Made by a program: the position numbers and the translations under genes
Shown: in pieces, positions 13,720 through 27,173 of the stretch
Numbering within the stretch: the first letter of the stretch is position 1
How the letters are laid out: each line of letters starts with the position of its first letter
Source of the DNA: Leucoraja ocellata
Taxonomy: Eukaryota
DNA: 64,000 nt
Direction: 5' to 3'
NCBI GenBank assembly: GCA_036785375.1
Contig: JAWMAR010000049.1
Span: 5,890,001-5,954,000 of the forward strand
Notes under the pieces: generated by a model
Database searches by the model: none
Seen by the model: only the letters and a program-made list of their open reading frames with translations
What the model was told of the DNA's origin: nothing

Positions 13720-14990
13720 GACCACTGTAGAATAAGAAACATGGCTGATATCACTGCTGCCTCAACCCTGCATTTCTGTCCATCCGTGTTAACCTTTCAT
13801 CCCCTGTCTGCCTCACTTTCAACATATTAGCTGTATTCAAAATATTCAATATTAAACTCTGCATCCTCTGTCCTTTGAGGCAGAGTGTTCTAAACATTTG
13901 CAACTCTTTGAGATACATTATTTACCAAGCCAGTGTCTTCAGTGAATAACTCGTTATTTTTTTACATTTACCCCTTGTTCTCTTTACGCCCACTAGTGGA
14001 AAGTTTCTTTATATACATCCTATTAAGAACATCCAGAGATTTGTATGAAGAATGGTCCTGAACCAAGATTTCACTTACCAATTTTCTCCAGAGACGCTGC
14101 CTGACCCGATGAGTTATTTTGTGTCTATCTTCACAATTTTGTATGATTTGGTGGCTGCCACTTATTTTTCTAAATGTCAGAGCTACAAGCCTGGCTTGTC
14201 CAATCTTTCTACATGAGGCAACCTTCCTATTCTAAGCATCAGTCCAGTAATCCACAATCCGCTCCCCCCCCCCCCATGATTTGTAATCTACTTTAAAACA
14301 TTTTTAAAAAGCTATTACAAATCTCCACTTTCCGCGAGACAGTGGGAGTGGGGCTGATGAGCGTGGGCACCGATTGGACGAGAGAGACGTCGGTCAGCAG
14401 GCAGTGGTGGTGGGGGGGGGGGGGGGTGGGGGAAACCATGATGATTCAGCGCAATCATTGAAGAAGGGAGGTGTCGGTCAGAGACGGAAGTAGGGGGGTG
14501 GAACTGAGGATAGAGGGTGGTGATTGGAGGAGGGAGACGTCCGTGGAGCAAAGATCATGGAGCGAAGCTTGAATCAGCCCGTTCGCGGGGCTTTTCATCG
14601 CCCGGCACTGCCAACCACGGGATCTTCCACCGCCCCGCGGTCAAATTGCTATGGCGAGGTGATCGAGGCTCCCGATGTTGAAGCCCCCATGAAAGGGCTG
14701 ATTGAAGCTCCACTCTATGATCTTTGCTCCACGATTCGGGGAGGACGAAGCTGCTGTTGCTGGAGTTCGGAGTCGGTCACCAACCAGGTCAGCTTCCGAT
14801 GTTACTGTCCACAGGGCCCCCCCCCCCCATGTTTTGAGAGCGATTTCTGTGCCTGCAGTAAACCATCTCCAAACTGATCAACTCATCAACATCTTTCCTT
14901 AAATAAGGAGATCAATTGGTGCACAGCAAACCAGGTGTGCTTTCACCCATACACTTTATCTGTAGCACAACATCCCTACTTTTGTGTTTC
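13720..14990 (-). mobile_element. Old CR1-like fragment with nested insertions
   Basis: Degenerate reverse-strand CR1 3' sequence interrupted at ~14045-14130 and 14251-14855. Confidence 0.45.
14251..14855. repeat. GC/CpG-rich insertion of unknown class
   Basis: Abrupt GC-rich block with poly-G/poly-C runs; CAGTAA on both sides (14245-14250, 14856-14861). Confidence 0.45.
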
Positions 14991-15042
14991 CACCTGACAC
15001 ATGTTAAAACTTTTTATTTCTAACTTTTTTCATTTTCTTCAG

Positions 15043-15105
15043 GAACTTCACATGGGAACAGCTGACATTGTAAATCATATCTTAAAGAAACATGATACCA
15101 CCAAA
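15043..15105 (+). CDS. USP32: USP32 exon: ELHMGTADIVNHILKKHDTTK
   Basis: cttcag / gtaagt, 63 nt, phase 0-0. Confidence 0.93.
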
Positions 15106-15592
15106 GTAAGTCTTTCTAGAAAACTGATTTTGTATTGCATTGATAATATTGCAAATGATTTTGGAAATTGAGTTGGGATAAAAATAAACGTGATCTTTTA
15201 GATTTGGTCCCAGTGTGTTTTTACCAGTGGCTGTCAATGAACAACAGTGTCCAATATGTGTTGGAGATGTCAGTTGAAGTGCCTCGATACATTATTATTT
15301 GTAATGATATTCCAATTAAAAAAGTGTATATATTAGCATCAACAAGCTATTAATGAAATACACAGTTAAATGAAACATTATTTGTTATTTAGACATGGAT
15401 GTTACATGCACAACTGAAATTTGTTGAGATAAATATTGCCCAAATTCAAGGCTGATGTTCCTATGGAACAATTTAGTACAAGTTTCCCCAATTAGTGAAC
15501 ATTCATCTTACTCTTATTTGTAGCAAAGATTTGTTTTAATTTTTACCTGTTACTTAGTGAAGGATTTATTTGCTACCCTGAGGATAAGGCAC

Positions 15593-15732
15593 ACATAGGA
15601 ACATAGAAAATAGGTGCAGGAGGAGGATATTCGGCCCTTTGAGCCAGCACTGCCATTCATTGTGATCATGGCTGATCATCCCCTATCAATAACCCGTGCC
15701 TGCCTTCTCCCCATATCCCTTGACTCCACTAA
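15593..15732 (-). mobile_element. CR1-like 3' tail
   Basis: Reverse complement of the 2401-2546 type tail. Confidence 0.8.
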
Positions 15733-17989
15733 CATATGGCTACATCCTTTCTAGTACAGGTCCATGAAAACAAACAACACATTAATTAATCAAGTTATTT
15801 AAAATGGGGTGGGGGGAAGGGGGAGACCTCTTCTGAGCAGTTGTTCTTCCATTTGGCAATGATGGCCATCAGGTGTACAACTGATACATCTCAGCTTGCC
15901 AATACAGCCACAAAATGTAACATTTTAGCACCTCATATTAAGGAGTATGTTGAATAAATCAATAGGAGGTAGAGCAATTTGGAACGTGAGTTATTTTTAT
16001 GATTGGTGCTATAATGACTCTTGGATCAAAAAAAAGCTTTGATCTATATTTCTCCAAAAAAAGACCAGCAGATCATAATATGGTCTCATGACAAATGTGA
16101 AGGATCAGTTGCTGCTCTCGATGGCTGCCGTCATGTTGTGATTTAGATTCACAGCCAGTGAGAGATTTAATAAGGTGTGGATGTCAATCCAGGTATATGA
16201 AACCTGCTCGATAACAATTTTTTTCATAATGCTTAAAACTGATCTCTGTGTTCTTGGGTGAATAAGCCATATAAGACATTATTAAAAGCCACACTTGTAG
16301 GTGTGAATTATTCAATTGAAATGGCATTAGGTTGTGTGTTCGGATATGTGTTTAGTTTCATTTGCACAGTACATTTCTCTAATTGTTTGCATGCAGAAAT
16401 TGTATTATGAAAGGTTCACTTTGTGAAATATTTCAATGCTGAGCAAGGCAAATTATTTATTATATATCTCTGAATGGAACTAAGATAGTTTTAAAAAGAA
16501 ATTGTGGAATAGATTTTACTTTAAAAACGTTTTCCGTGACGTGTGAAGGAAAATGTAACAAGAGGGCACTTAAAAAAAAAACTGAAATAATTTAATCCAT
16601 TGGAGGTCTTGATGTGGATTAACAGAATAAATGTGATGTATCAATTTCAATGATCATGGGGCAGAGCAATATGGAAGAAAATGTTTAAATATTAGCAGAA
16701 TAAAAGATTTGTAATAAAAAGGTCAATTTGGAACTGGCATTGCTGGCGACAGCCAGGTCCTGAAATAATTTAAAAAAAATTAGTATGTAGCTTACTGCAG
16801 TTCTTGAATTACTTCAGTATTACTTGAAAAGGGGTATATTGTGGAGAAAAGCACCACTGCCCACTTGTTTGGGTTTTGGGCTGTAATATTTGATCATATT
16901 AAGTAGATATTTCCAGTTTTCAACAGTTTAAGCTCAACTTTTTTTTTTGCTGGCTTCTATTTTTCCTTTATTCTTGTACTGTTAAGGTATTCTCGCGTTA
17001 TGTAGTTGGCTGTGGCACAGTTGAAAATGGGACATTATTACAAAATATGAACACTCATTCCATTCAATGAACACTCATTTCAAAATGCAAGAAGCAAGAT
17101 TAAAAGCAGATAGGCAAAAGAACAATGCTATGACACTAAAAGATGGGTGGTAACCATAATGTGATTATTACCTAGGTAAATTTAAGTAACATTCCCATTA
17201 ATAATATGCAAGGTTGCCAAATGGACCAAATATTGCATTGCTGTCTCCAAATAACTACAGCAAACTGTTCAGTTGTTGGTTAGATATAATAGCAACTATA
17301 TGAAAGCTTCCCCCAGTCCAAAATATGCTTTTTTTCTAGATTGTGTAGATAATGCAAAATGAAGGATAAATATTGATGGCCTACCTATGTTTATTTGTCC
17401 CCAAAGTGATGTTCACTTCCACATTCCATGAACGTATTGTTTCAGTTTAGTTTATTGTCACATGTACAGTGAAAACCTTTTGTTAAGTGCTAACTCTTTC
17501 AGGAAAAGCGTGCACAATTAGGCTTGTTTTAAAGCATTTGGCACTGTTGGTACAACTAATGAAGGATGTAATCCTTAAATGGAACGGGATGCAATGCAAG
17601 GAATAAAATTTTGATGAGGTTTTAAATCTTGCCCTCTAAACCGTCCATATAATTTCAATCTGCTTTACTTTTGATTTAAAAGCGGAACGGATCAAAGACA
17701 CTAATTTTTCTGGTCTTCTAAAATGGAAGTGATAATCCAGGGATAGTCGATGCTGCACTCTAAGTGCAGATGCACAGAGCTTTGTTCTCAGTAGGAAAAT
17801 TTCATTTAGATCAACAAACAAGTTATGGAAAAATTCACTGTCAGGCAACATCAGTGTAAGAAGAAATAAATATGTCAATGACATACTTTCAAAATCATTA
17901 ACAGGAACTGCTATCGTTAACTCCAAGGCACTTCACAAGAGCATGTCACATAAAATATTAATGAATGCCATATTAGGAGACCATGACAG

Positions 17990-18480
17990 CTGATGAACAG
18001 TTTGATTATTAAGATAGGATTTAAGTGGTATTTTAGAGGAAAGAAAAGCTTCCTTTTTAGTTTTAGGGAGAGAACTCCAAAGCATAGATAATTTGCAGCT
18101 GGTTGAAATTCCTCCATTGATGGAGCATTAAATTCAGGAATTTCTAAGATCAGAAATGAAGGAACCCGGGCATTTTTAGGATTATAATAATGATGGAGGA
18201 TATTGCAGCGAAACAGAAGGCTAAATCATGGGGGAATTTGAAAACACATGCCGATTTTAAAATCGAGCCTTAAGCGAGCAAGAAATCAATTTAGGTCACC
18301 AAGCATGAAGTGATATGTGGCCAGGACTTCGTACAGAGAATTTAGAATGACCACAAGTTTGAAGAGTATAGGGGCCCAACTAGGAGTGCACTGCAATAGT
18401 TAAATCGAGAGTAATAAAGGCAGAGATGAGGGTCTCAACAGCAGATGAGCTGAAAGAAGGGCAAAAATCAGGTGAGGAGG
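17990..18480 (-). mobile_element. Old LINE fragment (L2-like)
   Basis: Purine-rich degenerate sequence resembling the antisense 3' end of L2 ORF2 (recalled). Confidence 0.45.
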
Positions 18481-18823
18481 ATGCACATAAAAACATAACA
18501 AATTATAACGTGACATTCCCATAGCATTGTAACAAAATTCTTCCTAATTTTGGTTTCTTATTTTTTTTTTCTCCTTCGGTGACACAAGAATTGACTTTTT
18601 ATTATAATTAGCATGTATAAAAGTCCAAAGTTGTCAAAATGCATATCTTTTAAAAACTAAAATGTGCTCATTGCAAAAGTGAAGTCTTAATATAGTCCAT
18701 CGGTTTGCTTTCTTGAGTTATTAATATTTGATAAAGCTAAGAATCAAACTGGGAATTTGCATTTTGTCTACCCATACGTTTCTAGCTCTTAATATATTCT
18801 GTGAATTACTTTTTTTTTAACAG

Positions 18824-18907
18824 AAGGGACACTTGACACTAGAAGATTATCAGATTTGGGGTGTTAAAAGTGCTTTGGCCAGTGAGTTTCTTAATCTCCT
18901 ATTTCAG
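18824..18907 (+). CDS. USP32: USP32 exon: KGHLTLEDYQIWGVKSALASEFLNLLFQ
   Basis: taacag / gttagt, 84 nt. Confidence 0.95.
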
Positions 18908-20068
18908 GTTAGTGTTACTGTTCTCTACTTTGTAATAATCACTTCCTTGTTTATCTTTCAGGTGTGTTTGAATAATATCTTCCTATTCTTTCTGTTTGAT
19001 GGTCATTGCATTGATCACAGTAGTACTGAATCAAATAGTTAAGATCAATGCTACATCTGTATGAACTTTCTCTGCAAAGTAATTAAACCAGTATTTTGGT
19101 TTAGGATTCTGGATTTTGTTTCAGATCATTGAAACTACCAGGTTTGATCCCTGGTTACTCTTACTAAATTTGGCGATGATTTGAAACTCCTTTTAAAAAT
19201 GACTTTCGATGTTTGGAATTTTAAAAAATGTGGATTTTTTAAACTAATATCCTTGTTCTGACAGGTTAAACTCCAGAAACTACAAAGTCTGCATGCCTGA
19301 TATTCCATGTTTAGTGAATGTTTTGTACTTGCATGTTCAATTTCTTGAGCAGAAGCATCAAATGTAACCAAAAATCTAACACTTAGAAAGGACTGCTAAC
19401 ATAACTTTTGCTCATGTTGCACATTCAGAATCATTACTTAAAGTATTATTCCGACAAAATTATTAATTTGGTGTATCTACTGTGGCATATGTATAGATGG
19501 TGTAAGTTAGTTGAAATGTTAATTTCCCCATGAGTATGGCTCTAAGAAATTGTATGATTTTTTTTTTTCCCCATATGGATTTTTACAAAAGCAGAACCAA
19601 AACAACAAATGCATTCAAAATCAATTAAGTAATAAATTGCAGAGAAACAAAATTGCAATATAAACTGATGTTAATTAATGTAGAATTCTGCACCTTCTAC
19701 CACATTCTTCTAAATCTCTTTGGCACTCTTGTATCCATTCACATTCTTCGTATAATTTGGGGACTAACACTGTACACAGTTCCCCAGTTTTGGCATAATC
19801 AATGCAATAATTAATTTGAACGTTGCCTCTTTGTACAAATTTTCCATGTTTTAGACAAGTATAAGCAAGTATCTCACGAGCCACCCGCACGATGTTTACC
19901 TGTTCTATTGTCATTGAAAAAGTACTTAAACCCTACAGTTCCTCGATACTTGTCGGTATCCTAATGTTGTTTATTGTGAAGAGTAGTCTGAGCTGAAGAG
20001 AGCTTAATTGTCTCAACAAAACTGCTGCTACTTCTGTTAATTTTGATATTTTCTCCTTCCATCTGCAG

Positions 20069-20130
20069 ATATGTCATATAGTTCTTGGTCTAAGACCAGC
20101 TACACCAGAAGAGGAAGGGCAGATTATCAG
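20069..20130 (+). CDS. USP32: USP32 exon: ICHIVLGLRPATPEEEGQII
   Basis: ctgcag / gtgcat, 62 nt, phase 0-2. Confidence 0.95.
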
Positions 20131-20914
20131 GTGCATTCCTTTCTCAGCAACAATTGCTTGTTTTTGAACAAAATAACATTGCAAATTATCTCAGTATTTT
20201 AGGAAGTTATTCACTGGAAATAAGTTAATCTATGTAGAGCATGTGAAAGAGTGTATGGAACATTTTGCCCTTACAACCATCTATGCTCCAGGGTAGGGCA
20301 GAAAAATGCACTTCAACAAGGTGGAAAAAATATTTCGAGATATTTCTCCCTGACATTCTTGTGATAATAGCTCATTGTATGGAGCATGTATTACCTGTAC
20401 AATCACATGGCTTCTATATAATGTGATCTCTGTTCCAGTTAAGACCTGCACTAACTTCCTGTTGATGTATCCAGATTGTTAGCGTCCACCAAAACAATGT
20501 AATGCATTCCAGTGAATAATTCTTTTGTATGAGAAGAACCACCACATTTTGTTTGTCCCCACACTTGTGAACTCAAATTTAAAATTAGAATTCGTATCTA
20601 CTTTGTATCTCAAAGTTGTTAAATTGCAATAATTTATCAACTATCCCTTCATTATTTTATAGACCTCTAGCAGTTCATTGCTCCAGAGTAAATAGATACA
20701 AGTCCTAAAGTTTTTTTTTGTAGTTTTATTCTTTTAGCAAATATTCCCAGTCATTTTTTGCGGAATGATTTCAAAAGTCACCATATCGTGCACCATGTGA
20801 GCAAACCAAAACTCCATATTTCTCTCAATTGGTCGTTCGCCGTAGTAAGCAATACATTAGAGACTGGCTCGAGTGAGGCAGCCAATCGGGAATGAATAAC
20901 GTGTCACGTTCAGA

Positions 20915-21190
20915 AGTTCATAGATTAAAGGAGCAGAAATAGCTAATTCAGCCAATCAAGTCTACTTTGCCATTCAAACATGGCTGATCTATCTTTCCCT
21001 CTCAACCCCGTTCTCACCTTCTCCCCATAACCGCTGACACCCGTACTAATCAAGAATCTATCACTCTCCGCTTTAAAAATATCCATTGACTTGGTCTCCC
21101 ACAGCCTTCTATGAAAATGAATTCGACAGATTCACCCTCCTCTCACCAAACTAATCCCTCTCATCTCCTTTCTAAAGGTGCTTCCTTTAC
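20915..21190 (-). mobile_element. CR1-like 3' fragment
   Basis: CCATTCAAACATGGCTGATCTATCTTTCCCTCTCAACCCC..., antisense CR1 tail type. Confidence 0.7.
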
Positions 21191-21564
21191 CTTGTATGTT
21201 CAAATTGGGTGCATCTTCCAATGAAATCTCAATAGGGAGCCAGCCCAGCTCAGTATTCTTTCCAAGTCGGGATTTTTATTTAGAATAAGAAAGTATCATT
21301 TCAGAAAGTTGAGTGGTTCATTTCCAAACTGCTGAATATATTTAATTGATGGTTGGGTATGGAAAGCATTATCAATACTTAGGCTCAGTTTGGGTTCTCC
21401 AAGACTTGTTGGGCTTTAATTTTATGGACAAACATACCTCCACTGGGCACAACACTTTTTTTTCTCTTCACCATACCATTTTCAGCAAACAATTGATGGA
21501 TGAGGGTATTTACTGTTCACCCTCTCACCGGTGCTTAAAAATACAATAAAACTGAAAACTTAAG

Positions 21565-21751
21565 TACTAACTCAGCTGGTCAGGCAGCATCTCTGGAGGA
21601 AAGGAAAAGATAACGTTTCGGGCTGAGTCACTTCTTCAACCCGAAATGTCACCTATTCCTTTTCTCCAGAGTTGCTGTCTGACTCGCTGAGTTACTCCAG
21701 CTCTTTATGTCTGTTTTCAGTTTATACCAGCATCTGCAGTTTCTTCCGACA
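21565..21751. mobile_element. Penelope-like hammerhead-type element, inverted pair of arms
   Basis: Minus arm ...ACGTTTCGGGCTGAGTCACTTCTTCA abuts plus arm ACCCGAAATGTCACCTATTCC...CCAGCATCTGCAG. Confidence 0.7.
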
Positions 21752-21999
21752 AATTGAGTGTTCCCCGCATTTCTGTTTAATTTCAGAGTTTCAGTACCTG
21801 TATTATATCACTAGATGCGTTTTACCCACATCAAATGTTAATGATAACTTGTCAGATTCACCGAGTGCATCTCACTCATTTTGCATTTGGCTGCTCCATT
21901 GGCCAGCTCATTAATAAAGATTCAACATTTATAATTGAAGGATCAAGCCCTGAGTGCCATCAGTACAGATAGTTTCACTGTAACGCATTAGCTGCGTTA

Positions 22000-22296
22000 A
22001 GGGCCTGTCCCACTATACGAGTTTACCCGAGAGCTCTCCCGAGTTTAAAAAAAAATCAAACTCGTGGTAAGTACGTAGCGGGTACGTCGGAGCTCGGGAC
22101 GTCTCTTAGCGACTCGTAACGCTAACGGCAGTTACTCGGGGAAACGCGGTAAGCTCGTGAAGTTTTTTCAACATGTTGAAAAATGTCCACGAGAGCCCCG
22201 AGTACCTACGAGCGGCTATTACTGTAATTCTCCGAGTTCGAATCAGGAGAACCTCTGGAGAACACTTGAATTACCTCGTACAGTGGGACAGGCCCT
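22000..22296. mobile_element. PIF/Harbinger-like MITE
   Basis: TIR AGGGCCTGTCCCACTATACGAG / CTCGTACAGTGGGACAGGCCCT; TTA at 21997-21999 and 22297-22299; homolog at 62145. Confidence 0.85.
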
Positions 22297-23051
22297 TTAC
22301 TAAGAACCCCGTCTTATAGAAAATTGCATTGTAAAGACAATTGGGGAAAGGGGGTTTAAGGGTTTGAGAATTTCAGACAAGGTTATTTTTCCCGCATGAA
22401 TTTAAAAAATCGAAGTTTTTTTACACCAATATGTTTATTTGTAACTGCAAAATAAAAATACTGAACGCTCTGGTACATTATTTAATGCAGTGTGATTGCA
22501 CAAGTGTCAATGGCAGCGATTACATGTCATTTTCAATGGCAAATCATGGTTGAAGTGACAGCTGTGTTCTTAAAAGACATTGTTGTCCGATTCCTGTGAG
22601 GAAAACAGGATTTATTTTTTCCCCACAATAGTTTTTACATCCAACATGGCTTTTTCTGGTCGTCAATATCCAAAGTAACTTTTAAGTGGTTTGTTAATAT
22701 CCGATCAAATTTGGTTTTTAACCAATTCGGCCCGCTTAACATAAATAGTGCTCCCGAATTCATCACTCGTGTTACACCCAATTTGTGTTTGTGAAAATGC
22801 ACATTATAGCTACAGAAGTACTCCTCCTCAGGCCAATCAAGATTCATTTGTTTCAACTTTACGAAGCGACTAATACAGCATTTTGTAATTGTATCCTTGA
22901 AATTATATTGTGCATTTTTACTTGGTGTTTTTGTTGGGGCATTGATGGCAATGTTTAAATTGTGTCCATTGTAATTTTTTCCTAATTGGCTTTTGAAATC
23001 CCTGTTTATAATTACAATGCTTTACTAATTTATCTGCAATTTATTTTCTAG

Positions 23052-23154
23052 TGGATGGTTGGAAAGAGAAAACAGACATGGCCTACAAACTGGACATAAT
23101 TGGTTTTTGATTTCAATGCAGTGGTGGCAGCAGTGGAAGGAATATGTAAAATAT
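23052..23154 (+). CDS. USP32: USP32 exon, DUSP start: SGWLERENRHGLQTGHNWFLISMQWWQQWKEYVKY
   Basis: ttctag / gtgagt, 103 nt; DUSP-type W-F-L-I-S-x-x-W-W-x-x-W-K-x-Y-V motif. Confidence 0.96.
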
Positions 23155-23655
23155 GTGAGTAATTAATAACCTCTATTTTCTAGTAGTTTGAAGTAAACAG
23201 AGCAAATTAAATACTTTCAATGAAAGGCAGGATATTTTGGTATATGCTGGGGAAAAAATAAATAAAGATATGTTGGAAATATTGAGCAGGTCTGGGAAGA
23301 AAAACAGTTGGGTTGAAGGTCCTTTATCAGAACTCAACCAGTTCTGATTTTATTCATAGAACTCTTTTTATGAGATACAGGTAAATGAGATGAATGTTAG
23401 GTTAACCGCCTCAAGTGATCCTACTTAAACAGTAGGCTTGAAATTAAAAAAATCCATTGCAGTCCTTTCTGGTGACTTAACTTGAGCTCCCAAAACCTGC
23501 ACATAAGTCAAAAGCAAGTTGGGTTCATGAAGATTTGTACAAAGGTGGGTATTGTCTAAAAATGCATTGTTTGAAAGAATTAGCTTGGAGATGTTGACTG
23601 ATATCATTGTCAATTTTCAGTTCTGAGGTTGTTTTCTTTCCTGCTTTTCTTGTAG

Positions 23656-23839
23656 GAAACAAAGCCAGTCATAATAGAACCTTCTTCAATAATGACTCCA
23701 GGAAAAAGCCAACACCAATTACATGCTCTGGATCAAGGTGAAGACAAACCTGGAGTGCAGAATTCATTTACTGCTACAGATGAAAAATATTTTGATAACA
23801 TTTCAATTGCATCTGAAGCATCCGAGAGCACTGGCACTG
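23656..23839 (+). CDS. USP32: USP32 exon: ETKPVIIEPSSIMTPGK...DNISIASEASESTGT
   Basis: ttgtag / gtaccc (weak donor), 184 nt, open frame, phase 0-1. Confidence 0.88.
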
Positions 23840-24755
23840 GTACCCTTGTTTTTTAAGTTTATGCCCAAGATTAATTGAATATTCAACATTTGACTTGTTT
23901 ACTGCACACTGTACTAAAGCTAGAAATAATATTTGGATATGCCTTCATTCTGCAAGGAATAAGGCATTAACTGGAAGCAATTTTGTCATGGAAGAAGCAA
24001 AAGATCTAAGGAACAGCATATTTGAACTGGAAATTATAGTTTTTTTAAAAAAAGAACATAAGGCTATTTGTTAATTCTAGTGGATATCTAAAATGTAAGG
24101 ATTTAATATTTATTCTTCATTTGACATCATGACAGCCCTATCTATATTTGGGGGGAAATAGAAGTGCCAAGAAAAACTGCATTAGCATTTCCAATGCCTA
24201 AAACTATTATAAGGATGGATTGTGGATGACAGTATTTATGAGCCAGTTACTTGATTAGAGCCAAGATTGCAGGACAATCCCAATAAAAACATGATGTGTA
24301 TCCTTGTGCCCAAATGCAAAACCAGGTCCAGAGCAGTGTTTGTTCTCTTTGCTCATAATGCATTAATTGGGTAAATGCGTTAATTAAAGCACAACTTATT
24401 TTATCCTTGTCTTTTAACTTCAATGAGAATGGAATTTAATAAAGGCTTCTAAAGTCTGCCTGCAAAAAAGCAAAGCACTGAGCATTAAGCACTGAAATAA
24501 TAAAATCAAATCTGCATGATATATTAGATGCCTTTTCCTTTATCAAAAGGAATGAAAAATAGTGGGCTTCTGGCAAGTAACAAATGCTGTTTCATCATTT
24601 GCCAGCTATTCAATTTAATTAGGCTGTAGCTACTATATTTGAGGTTTTCAATAGAAATGAAGAAAGCCAAACTATTTTTCACGGCTATATATATTCAAAA
24701 GCAGATTAAAATCTGAAGATAATTGAAGAATATTTTCTTTCTTTTTTTCTTTCAG

Positions 24756-24931
24756 GCTTGTATCAGTCTAGTCCAGCTGGTACTGATGTTTGCTTTGCCA
24801 GACAGTACAACAGTTTGGACAACAATGGTCAATGCTTCCTGGGTGCTAATGGGAACATCTTGGGACACCTCGGTCTACAGAAACCAGGAGCTATAGATAA
24901 CTTATTACTTGTAATACAAGGGTCTGTGAAG
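24756..24931 (+). CDS. USP32: USP32 exon: GLYQSSPAGTDVCFARQYNSLDNNGQCFLGANGNILGHLGLQKPGAIDNLLLVIQGSVK
   Basis: long pyrimidine tract + ttcag / gtatgg, 176 nt. Confidence 0.94.
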
Positions 24932-25814
24932 GTATGGACACAAAGCTATCAAAGATAGAAAGTAATTATTTCCCATGATGAACTCTGAATGTGCCATTCT
25001 AAAAGACATTACAGCATCCATGGCAGTCGCGTTATTCAAAGACTATGTATTGATTATTATTGATTGCTTTTCATTTCTAGTCATGTGCAGAATGTCATGA
25101 GATCTAGGCAGTGCATTCATATAAGCATTAAAGAAATAATAGCCAATTTATCCTACTCACAGGATATTTAAGCGAGTGAAAATTCTATATACAGCAGAGC
25201 TGCTTGCAGCAGGGAATAACATATACATTTCTGATGTGATAGTTTGAGTCCAGTTCCTGTCCTTTTTTCTGGTCAATTTGACACCCTACATTTTACCAAA
25301 GGTAGCTGTGAAGAGGTGTTGATAGGATGCAAGTATGAATGTAAAAACTAAAGGAAAGCTGATTCCATTGTCAGTAGATACTATTGAATGATGTAAGCCT
25401 GAATTATGGTTTAAGTGTGGCATGGTTTGGGAAATATTGTACAAAATCTTACAAACAGTAACTCAACAGAATAAAGAAGCTAATTGGAATGCTGTGAAGT
25501 CTAGGTTGGTGATTGAAGCAGGGCCCATGTTAGTGTCAAAGAACGTGTGTGGATATTGAGATTATTGCTTGTGAAGGATCAACATCACAGAAACATGCCA
25601 TGTTGTCAATTACGTGACTGACTTTGAGCTACACTGCATGTTCATATCTCGAACATATAGGATTTTGCTTTTACAATATATATTGTGTTTTACGCTTTTT
25701 AGTAGAAGTGGCATTCATTTGTCATGTTATTATCCACGAATAATCCCATTTTAAAATTGAAACCTGATTTGATGAGCAAGTTTTCTGGAAATAGTAAAAA
25801 TGTATTTAAGTGAT

Positions 25815-26065
25815 TCAGTTTGTTGTCACGTGTACCGAGAAACAGTGAAAAAGCTTTTGTTGCGTGCTAACCAGACAGCGGAAAGACAATACGTGATTGC
25901 AATCGAACTGTCCAGTGTACAGATACATAATGGAATAACGTTTAGTGCAAGGAAAAGCCTGTAAAGTCTGATCAAAGATAGTCCGAAGGTCCCCGCTGAG
26001 GTTGATTGTACTTCAGGACTGTTCTCTAGTTGCGGTATGATGGTTCAGTTGCCTGATAACAGCAT
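25815..26065 (-). mobile_element. Rex1/Babar-like LINE 3' end
   Basis: GGTTCAGTTGCCTGATAACAGC and tail shared with 44290-44645 and 60340-60510. Confidence 0.65.
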
Positions 26066-27032
26066 TAAATCTATTAAATCAAATGTTCTATGCCGAAATA
26101 TAAAATTTAAATCAGATTTTAATCAGGCTTCATATATATATATATACAGTGTACTCATCACATCCTAGTCTACAGTTTTTGGTCAATCATCCTGCACGAG
26201 TTCAATACTGTATGTCTAAATTGAACTGCTTTCTCCCAGTTCCAATCTTATCCATCTGATCAAAAGCAGCAAATCATCTGTGATGGATCCAGCACTGTCA
26301 TCTGGTAATATGTTCCCAAAGGATCTAAATCACCTTCCAGCTCTTAGTCATCTGTCTGCTATAGTTTGATGACTCCATCTGATACTACATTGTTGGGTTC
26401 AGAGTACATGCTGGTGACTCAGCATCACCTCACTGCCCACCACAGCTCTTGATTATTTATTGTTTTATTCCATCTTGAATATTAGATGAGAAGAAATCAT
26501 CTCCAAATATCAGGATTTCTGAACACACTATCTTCCATTTGCACCATAAATCCCATTGCTCTTACTAAGCCAGGCATCAACAAGACTTTGTGCAAGTGTT
26601 CAGCCTGAATTGAGCCCCTGACTCCATATGCATTTCAAAACTGAGATTTTGACTGCTTCCAGCACTGAGCTTCATTATTATTCCTGCATTCCAATTGCAT
26701 ACGTCAGTGGAAAGTCAAGGACAAACCTGGGCATACTGCAATCCACATTCTGGCAAATCACTGGGCAGCCCTATTTTGCTCCAGTATCCAGCTACTCCCT
26801 TATATATGTGCCAGTGTTACTTGCAGACTTCCAAACTTTTCTACAATATGCCGTAAGACGAAACTGTGTTGCACATTACTCTCACAAAATTCCTGTCAAG
26901 ATGCGCAAACACCTGTAAAATAACCAAAGAAAAATGAGATCAGGGCAATTGGGAACATAACCATTTCAACAAGGTTAATGATTCTGGTTTTGTAACATAA
27001 AAAGAAAATAACACGCTTATGTATTTATAAAG

Positions 27033-27173
27033 GCTCCTACGTTAACATTAGAGGGTGGACGTCTGAAACGCAATCCAGCTTTGGGTCAAGGCAAAGACTA
27101 TGAGGTTGTCCCAGAACCGGTATGGAGGGCATTGTACCACTGGTACGGGGCAAATCTATCTCTACCCAGGCCT
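27033..27173 (+). CDS. USP32: USP32 exon, DUSP end: APTLTLEGGRLKRNPALGQGKDYEVVPEPVWRALYHWYGANLSLPRP
   Basis: ataaag (weak acceptor) / gtaagt, 141 nt; DUSP DYxxVPxxxWxxLxxWYG motif. Confidence 0.94.

Noticed and set aside
23155-23655. Intronic scaRNA (human USP32 is recalled to host SCARNA20)
   Set aside because: I could not recognise an H/ACA two-hairpin structure or guide sequence here or in other introns by eye; an Infernal/Rfam search is needed.
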